Virus record (IMG/VR): IMGVR_UViG_3300026541_000012
Coordinates: 1-41,875 of that record
Reading direction: 5' to 3' (one strand)
Length of the DNA: 41,875 nt
Origin: a virus
Lineage: Duplodnaviria; Caudoviricetes
The position numbers and the translations under genes are program-made. The notes under the pieces were generated by a model that ran no database searches, had not been told where the DNA came from, and saw nothing but the letters and a program-made list of their open reading frames with translations. Positions 35,733 to 41,875 of the stretch are shown piece after piece (the first letter of the stretch is position 1; every line of letters starts with the position of its first letter).

Positions 35733-37360
35733 GCCGATTTGCTGAATTGGCGGACGGACGTCGCCTGGAATTTCCAGATGACACCCCAGATGCGGTGATA
35801 CAGGCCACTGTGAAGCGTCTACTGAGCGAAACCACCCAGCCTAGCCGTGAGGAGCGTGAGGCACGTATATCTTCACTGGAGGCCGAACAGGCTGCCTTGG
35901 AGCCACCTAGTGCTCTAAGTGGTGCTGCCGAGGTCGTAGGTGGAACCTTAAGTGATCTTCGTGGTGTTCCAGAGGCTGCCTTGCAGCTTGCCACAGGCGC
36001 TGCGTCTACAATTGCTGGTGGCCTTGCTGCAATTCCCGTAACAGCCGTAGAAGCGCTTAGAGGTGGTGAAGATCCGGCAGGAGCCGGCAGGGCTGTTATT
36101 GAGCAATTTCAGGAAAGCACGTTTGAGCCACGTACAGAAGCAGGCCAGCGTGCATCTGCGGCTATTGCCGCGCCACTAGAGTCTTTTGAGCAATTTGCCG
36201 ATGTAGCTGGTGAGGTCACGGGCGAGCCCAGCGATGTACTTGGGGCGACGCTGGTAAAGACAGCTATTCTCGGTGCGCCTGCATTATTTGGGTTGCGTCG
36301 TGGTGCGGTAACGACACGGCCTGCTGCTAGACCTACTCCACGTCAACAAGTCGCTGCACAAGCAGCCGAAGAGGGTTATGTGACGCCGCCATCAGTACGG
36401 GGAGAAACGGGCGTTGCGGGTACTGCAGAAGGGCTTGGTGGCAAGATCAAGACTGGTCAGCAAGCAATCGAGACAAATCAGGCGGTGACAAACAGGCTTG
36501 CGAGTCGCGCTGTCGGTCTACCTGAAGAGGTACCGGTAACAATCGATGTGTTGCAGGGTATACGGCAACAAGCCGGTCAGGCATATGAAGCCGTGCGTGG
36601 CACGGGTCAGATATTTACAGATACCGCATTTCGCAGAGATTTATCGGCAGCCACTTCTCGTTTCAGGAGCGCCGCAAAGGACTTTCCCGAGCTGGCAAAA
36701 TCAGAGATTATTGATGTTGTTGAAGGTCTTCGCGTGGCTGAGTTCGATGCTGGTGCCGGAATTGATGCCATTAGCTTGCTGCGTAATCGGGGTGACGTGG
36801 CTTTTCGTGGCGGCGATAAGACGCTTGGTAATGCCTACCGGGCTGCGGCAGAGTCGATTGAGAGCGTTATGGAACGCCATTTGTCCAGGGGTGGTGAACC
36901 AGCACTGCTGGATGGATTTAGACAAGCACGTCAACAAATTGCTGAAACCTATTCTGTTCAAGAGGCGTTACAAGGTCGCATCACGGGTGAGGTGTCAGCA
37001 ACGCAGCTTGCGGCACAGCTGAAAAAAGGTAAACCCTTATCTGGGGATTTGTTGGCGATTGCCGAGTTTGCTAATACATTTCCGTCAGTGTCTAGACTGT
37101 TTACGGGTGCTGCACAAGCATTTTCGCCACTGGACTTGGCCGTTGGTGGCGGCTCTCTTGGCGCTGCTGGTATTGGCATCGGACTCGGTGCTGGCCCTGC
37201 TGGACTGATACCGCTTCTCGGAACAGTAGCACGACCATTACTGAGAAGGGCTGCATTAAGCGAGGTTGCAAGACGTTCAGGGCTTGCGGGTGAATCGGTT
37301 AGACCATCTGCGGCAGTTACTACGGGTGGCGTATTAAGTGCTGTGGCTGCTGAGCAATAG
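35729..37360 (+). CDS. DNA ejection protein (gp16-like)
   Basis: N-terminal LADGRRLEFPDDTP; Ala/Gly-rich helical; synteny. Confidence 0.65.
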   Translation: MSRFAELADGRRLEFPDDTPDAVIQATVKRLLSETTQPSREEREARISSLEAEQAALEPPSALSGAAEVVGGTLSDLRGVPEAALQLATGAASTIAGGLAAIPVTAVEALRGGEDPAGAGRAVIEQFQESTFEPRTEAGQRASAAIAAPLESFEQFADVAGEVTGEPSDVLGATLVKTAILGAPALFGLRRGAVTTRPAARPTPRQQVAAQAAEEGYVTPPSVRGETGVAGTAEGLGGKIKTGQQAIETNQAVTNRLASRAVGLPEEVPVTIDVLQGIRQQAGQAYEAVRGTGQIFTDTAFRRDLSAATSRFRSAAKDFPELAKSEIIDVVEGLRVAEFDAGAGIDAISLLRNRGDVAFRGGDKTLGNAYRAAAESIESVMERHLSRGGEPALLDGFRQARQQIAETYSVQEALQGRITGEVSATQLAAQLKKGKPLSGDLLAIAEFANTFPSVSRLFTGAAQAFSPLDLAVGGGSLGAAGIGIGLGAGPAGLIPLLGTVARPLLRRAALSEVARRSGLAGESVRPSAAVTTGGVLSAVAAEQ

Positions 37361-37579
37361 TTATTGGCCGTGTTTATACGTTGCCCAAATACAGGTTGAT
37401 GCCACATACGTCCAAATTACCCACACTGGAACACTAAAAATAAACATTGCAAGGGCAACGTATAAAACAGGAATGAAATAGTCAATTGTTTGAGACCAGT
37501 TCCACACAGGATTTTCCGGTGGCAATACAATACCCCAGCTTTCGACTTCTTCTCGTGTGAATTTTCTCATATGAACCAT
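37361..37579 (-). CDS. small membrane protein, antisense moron
   Basis: Hydrophobic C-terminal half; lone minus-strand gene in the late region; AT-rich. Confidence 0.55.
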   Translation of the reverse strand: MVHMRKFTREEVESWGIVLPPENPVWNWSQTIDYFIPVLYVALAMFIFSVPVWVIWTYVASTCIWATYKHGQ

Positions 37580-37668
37580 GATATACCACGTTTTTGCGAG
37601 ATGTCGTGACCGATTTCACAATAGTCTGAAAATGCTAGACTATGTCAAATAATTAAGGAGGATTTATC

Positions 37669-38481
37669 GTGGCGTTCAGGTTTGTCAGCCCAAGATTCGA
37701 TGTTGGGGATGGAATTGTCGACTTTGCCGGCGCAAAGCTCTCATTTTTCGATTTTGGCACTAGTAACGCTAAAACAACGTTCAGTGACTTTGCCCTGACA
37801 TCAGCCAACACCGACCCCGTTGTTGCAGATGCTAACGGGCTGTTTGGCGACATATTCCTTGACATCAAAGCCACTGTTACGCTCAAGTCCTCGACCGATT
37901 TGGTGATCTATGGGCCGATAGATATTTTTGCTCCTGAAGATACCGTTACCGCATTGGCAGCCTCAAGTGTTGCGGTTCTTGATACGGCCGGTAACTTTAC
38001 TGCCACCAATGTTGAAACGGTGCTCACAGAGATTTCCGATGATTGGGCGAAACTAGCGCGCACCAATACGTTTTCTGCAATCCAAACCTTTACCGCTGCA
38101 TTGCAGATATCTGATCAGGAACTCAGGCGTGCGCTACTGCTGGACTACGCCATTGTTAACCAGTCTATTTCCTCATCTTCTGGCACGCTTACGATTGATC
38201 TCACTACGGGCAACTCGTTTGTTACGACATTGACCGAGAATATCACCACGGTGACTATCAGTAATCCGCCAGCAACGGGTAATTACGGTCAGTTTGTGAT
38301 CAAGATCATTCAGGATGGTGCTGGCGGTGCGTTTACAGTGACATGGCCTGCCTCTGTTATCTGGCCTAGTGCAACTGCGCCGGTTATCACGACATCCAAT
38401 GATGCGATTGATGAGATTACATTACGCACAATTGACGCCGGTACAGAATGGCGAGGTAGTTTCTCTCAGGCGTTTGCTTAA
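37669..38481 (+). CDS. tail protein with virion-attachment N-terminal domain
   Basis: AAGGAGG RBS; GAKLSFF..GT..KTTF.D...NTDPVVADANG head-binding-like motif; C-terminal IDLTTGN...QDG..TWP module. Confidence 0.75.
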   Translation: MAFRFVSPRFDVGDGIVDFAGAKLSFFDFGTSNAKTTFSDFALTSANTDPVVADANGLFGDIFLDIKATVTLKSSTDLVIYGPIDIFAPEDTVTALAASSVAVLDTAGNFTATNVETVLTEISDDWAKLARTNTFSAIQTFTAALQISDQELRRALLLDYAIVNQSISSSSGTLTIDLTTGNSFVTTLTENITTVTISNPPATGNYGQFVIKIIQDGAGGAFTVTWPASVIWPSATAPVITTSNDAIDEITLRTIDAGTEWRGSFSQAFA

Positions 38482-38906
38482 TGCTTACCCATATGATTCA
38501 AGCTTCGGAAGGCATTGGTAATGATGCGGTCAAACTCAATGACCGCACCGTTAATAGATTTAGACTTGTTGACACTTGTCATTCCGGTATAAGGACAAAC
38601 GGCAGTGGTGTATTGCAGCTTATTCAGGCTAATGGTGGATTTAGCAGTGTCAGTGGTGAATGGCTTATTTTTGGCAGCTCTGCAACATTTTATATCCAGA
38701 GAACGATTATTTCAGGGACACTTGAAGTCGATCCCGGCGCAGGCTTTTTGCAAATGAATACAAACCGCACCTATGACAATCAGAAAGCTTCTGTCGGTGT
38801 TAAAACAACGGTGGTATTTTTTGAGATAGCCAGTGATGCATCCGGCACCCCGATTGTGGATACTGCGACTATGACGTTTATCTCTGAGCGGGAGTCTAGT
38901 CAGTAA
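38481..38906 (+). CDS. tail-associated protein
   Basis: TAATG coupling; beta-rich. Confidence 0.55.
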   Translation: MLTHMIQASEGIGNDAVKLNDRTVNRFRLVDTCHSGIRTNGSGVLQLIQANGGFSSVSGEWLIFGSSATFYIQRTIISGTLEVDPGAGFLQMNTNRTYDNQKASVGVKTTVVFFEIASDASGTPIVDTATMTFISERESSQ

Positions 38907-38907
38907 T

Positions 38908-39234
38908 ATGGCAATCTTATCCAGTGGACAGCTAGCAATAACTCAATCAACCCTATTCGTCGCTGACGGCGGGGAGATATTTGACAGTGCCAGCTTCACC
39001 ATTGAAAAGATCACTTTTTTCAATACGAATGCCGTGGCACAAACGGCAATCCTATTTCTACAGAAACGATTCGACTCGGCGATGGAGACGCGCCAGTTCG
39101 TACTGCAGCAAAATGAGGGTGGCGAGTATCTTGAACCGGGTGAGACACTTTCTCTGGAGAATGGTGACGAGCTGTTAGCTCAAACCACTACCGCAAGTGC
39201 AGTCAATTTTGCCATTACCGGAAAGCGCACATGA
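38908..39234 (+). CDS. small virion beta-sandwich protein
   Basis: LSLENGDELLAQ...VNFAITG motif. Confidence 0.6.
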   Translation: MAILSSGQLAITQSTLFVADGGEIFDSASFTIEKITFFNTNAVAQTAILFLQKRFDSAMETRQFVLQQNEGGEYLEPGETLSLENGDELLAQTTTASAVNFAITGKRT

Positions 39235-40100
39235 GTGTTCATGCCGCCAATGAAACCACATACGACTCCTTTGGCCGATGGCGCACGCAGACCTATGCCG
39301 ATCCAGGCGACGTCTCAGCTGTCGATCAAACGCTGTATATCAAAGGCAGCGAGCTGATCGATGGCAGTATCCGGCTGAGATTCGAGACAGGAGAAGAAAA
39401 CGCCAACATGGAAAGCCGAGCCAGTGGTGTATGGAATGATACCGGACTGAGACTATCGTCATCCACATTGCAACTTGGCCGTGACATGAATTTATCGGCT
39501 CTCGCAGGCTTTTTAGAAACCATTAATCCGTCTGCCGTTGTTGGGCATCAGAGATCCTTAATACCGCATATCCAATTCGATGACGCGACTGGCACGACGA
39601 AAAATCAACTGCACATACCGATTGCGAATATCGAAGAGACATTTGTGCTGTTTTCTAATGCTACAAGTGAAATTACAGATACCACCATTGGGCAGATAAT
39701 ATCGGATTCGCCGGGGCGGATTCTTAGTACAAGTATTCACGAGGTAGGTACAACCGCAGCATCTGCCGAGGTCACAGTAAGTTGGTTTGTCGGCACTGAC
39801 AACACAGGAATATTGGTGAATAAGAGAATTTTGCCAGCCAGTGACTTAATAGCAAACACGACCTTAACGATTGATTATGACGAGGATTTCGGAATTGATG
39901 ATGGTGTTAGCTATTTTATGGAGTTCACAAGCACTGCTAATTTCTCTTTAAAAACAGACTCTGGAGGAAATATACTTATCACGCATACTGGTCATGCTTT
40001 GGAAGAGTTGATTGGTGTAACCGAAAATCTTATCTACAACAATGTGTTGGGCCATGTACTGAACAACTCTCTTGATCCTGTCTACGTGAATCAATTCTGA
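39231..40100 (+). CDS. tail-associated protein
   Basis: ATGA coupling; Thr/Ser-rich. Confidence 0.55.
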   Translation: MSVHAANETTYDSFGRWRTQTYADPGDVSAVDQTLYIKGSELIDGSIRLRFETGEENANMESRASGVWNDTGLRLSSSTLQLGRDMNLSALAGFLETINPSAVVGHQRSLIPHIQFDDATGTTKNQLHIPIANIEETFVLFSNATSEITDTTIGQIISDSPGRILSTSIHEVGTTAASAEVTVSWFVGTDNTGILVNKRILPASDLIANTTLTIDYDEDFGIDDGVSYFMEFTSTANFSLKTDSGGNILITHTGHALEELIGVTENLIYNNVLGHVLNNSLDPVYVNQF

Positions 40101-41875
40101 TGGGCGATCTTCACAAAGATTTAATTGGTTCTAACCTACACATTGCCAGAACTCAGGTGGGTACAGGTGATCCCAATGGAGTGGTAACAGCTGGAATCAT
40201 TGGTGAGTTTTTCTGGGACAATGTAGCTAACAAGCTATATGTGGCAGAAGCACTTACTGATAGCGATTGGGTGAATGAGGGCGGTATATTTGCAGGTGAT
40301 GTCACAGGTCCCGCCGCTGCAACCGATAACGCACTGACGCGTTTTGATACGACCACTGGCAAGCTAATTCAGAACTCACTAGGTTTGCTCACTGATACGG
40401 GCGAGCTTACCGGACTGACATCAATTACTGCGTCGACTGACTTATTGGTCGGTGGTTCTCGGCCCATCACGACCGATGCTGGTATTGAACTGGCAGGAAC
40501 TATAAGTGCAGTTCTCTTATCCCGGATGGACACAACGCAGCGAGACGCCCTGACGCCCACGGGCGGAATGTTTGTCTTCAATACTGATCTTAGCGCGCCC
40601 GACTTCTACAGTGGCACGAGTTGGGTATCGATGGCGCTCGGCGGCGGTGATGTCGTTGGACCTGCATCTGCGACCGACAATGCTCTGGCTCGTTTCGATC
40701 TGACTACCGGCAAGATCGTTCAGAACTCGCTGGCAATACTAACTGATGCCGGTGCCTTGTCTGGCTTGACTGAGTTGGATGTCGATAACTTCAATTTCGA
40801 TGGCAGAATCATCACGGTCACTGGTGGTGATGTAATCTTCAACCTCGATGTAGCCCAATCCGTAGATTTTGGTGGATCGGCTGGTATCGGGGCCGCAAGC
40901 CTACAGGCTGGTAATCTGCGTTTCGGTATAGTCACGGCCAACACCATATCAGTAGCTAATATTAATACAGACTTGTTTCTTGAGGCCAACGGAACTGGCG
41001 ATATCAAGCTTCACAGTGTATCGACTGGCAACGTAATGATCGGGCCGGGAACGCCAGTACAAAAACTCGATGTTAATGGCGCTTTACGAGTACGAAATGG
41101 GTTGATCTATGGTAGCGCTAGTAGTGAGGCTGGTTTAGAAGTCACCACATTTGCCTCGGCTGTCAATCATCTTACAATTTCTAATTCCGGAACCGGAGAT
41201 CCGGTACAGCTAGGCACTACCGGCACTGATACCGATGTAACGCTGGAGTTCGTTCAAAGAGGTGTTGGTGGTTTTTCCTTTATAGGAAATATGGGAATCA
41301 GTGGCGCACCTATCGTTGCAACACAAAGACTTGATGTTGATGGCAATCTACGAATAAGAAACGATGAACTATTCTCTTCAGATAATACTTTAGCAGCGTG
41401 GGAATTTTCGTCGATTGCTTCCGCCGTGAGTCACCTTGTAAGTACTAACGCCATAACCGGGAACTCAGTCAGCATAGGGATTACCAGTTCAGATACCGAC
41501 GTATCGATAGCGTTCAATGCTAAAGGTGCGGGTGAGCATCTCTTCAATTCTCATGTAACTCTAGCGGCAGACAAGGCGCTCTACCAGGAGGTATATCCGA
41601 GCGATGAAGGCTCGGTGCTGAATGCCTCATTGAGGGATCTTGTCGGGTTTACCAGTCTTGATCGATCACCGTTTGGCAATGACGTGTTTCTAGAGGGCGA
41701 GGCAGCAATCGTCAGTGACGCGGGTAAGATAGGTTCTGGTTTGCGTTTGAATGGCTCAGGTTTCAACACAGTCACGATATCAAGCGTGACTGATAATGCA
41801 GGGGTTGCGAGGTTCAATTTCACGCCTGGTCCTACGCTGGTGGGCGAACAGATAGTTGTCATTTCAGGGTTTACA
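40100..41875 (+). CDS. N-terminal part of a large modular tail fibre (3' truncated, absent from the ORF track)
   Basis: ATG at 40100, read in frame at the start, middle and end (592 codons to the window edge). Contains 2x GDVxGPxxATDNALxRFDxTTGKxxQNS and 2x QxLDVxGxLR...ASAVxHL modules. Confidence 0.8.
   Translation, partial: MGDLHKDLIGSNLHIARTQVGTGDPNGVVTAGIIGEFFWDNVANKLYVAEALTDSDWVNEGGIFAGDVTGPAAATDNALTRFDTTTGKLIQNSLGLLTDTGELTGLTSITASTDLLVGGSRPITTDAGIELAGTISAVLLSRMDTTQRDALTPTGGMFVFNTDLSAPDFYSGTSWVSMALGGGDVVGPASATDNALARFDLTTGKIVQNSLAILTDAGALSGLTELDVDNFNFDGRIITVTGGDVIFNLDVAQSVDFGGSAGIGAASLQAGNLRFGIVTANTISVANINTDLFLEANGTGDIKLHSVSTGNVMIGPGTPVQKLDVNGALRVRNGLIYGSASSEAGLEVTTFASAVNHLTISNSGTGDPVQLGTTGTDTDVTLEFVQRGVGGFSFIGNMGISGAPIVATQRLDVDGNLRIRNDELFSSDNTLAAWEFSSIASAVSHLVSTNAITGNSVSIGITSSDTDVSIAFNAKGAGEHLFNSHVTLAADKALYQEVYPSDEGSVLNASLRDLVGFTSLDRSPFGNDVFLEGEAAIVSDAGKIGSGLRLNGSGFNTVTISSVTDNAGVARFNFTPGPTLVGEQIVVISGFT

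Noticed and set aside
25308-37360. Many minus-strand and alternate-frame ORFs in the ORF track
   Set aside because: These are shadows of well-supported structural genes with no recognisable motifs.
1-41875. Genome-wide stop-codon reassignment
   Set aside because: Long genes are intact under code 11 and TGA/TAG/TAA all terminate coupled genes; only one in-frame TGA was seen.

Overview
This looks like a near-complete, circularly permuted genome of an uncultured P22-like short-tailed dsDNA phage, probably infecting a Gram-negative host. The window starts and ends inside what appears to be one very large tail-fibre gene. Order: tail fibres and tailspike (1-4146); lysis cassette with M15 endolysin, holin and spanin-like genes (4143-7892); a leftward early operon with an ERF-like recombinase (8104-11656); a divergent promoter with a Cro-like gene but no CI or integrase; a rightward operon of small ORFs and nucleases (11736-18760); a block of virion-like repeat proteins (19140-22819); a PAPS-reductase-family gene; then terminase, portal, scaffold, coat, gp4/gp10-like, ejection and tail genes. 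The most unusual content is non-coding. (1) A ~500-nt, highly base-paired, multiply pseudoknotted candidate RNA (15040-15545) lies where a replication initiator would be expected, in a genome with no recognisable replication protein, preceded by an oop-like antisense unit. (2) There are three aberrant tRNA-derived elements, two of which have the anticodon arm replaced by a long structured insert. All assignments come from motif recognition and synteny by eye; no searches were run.
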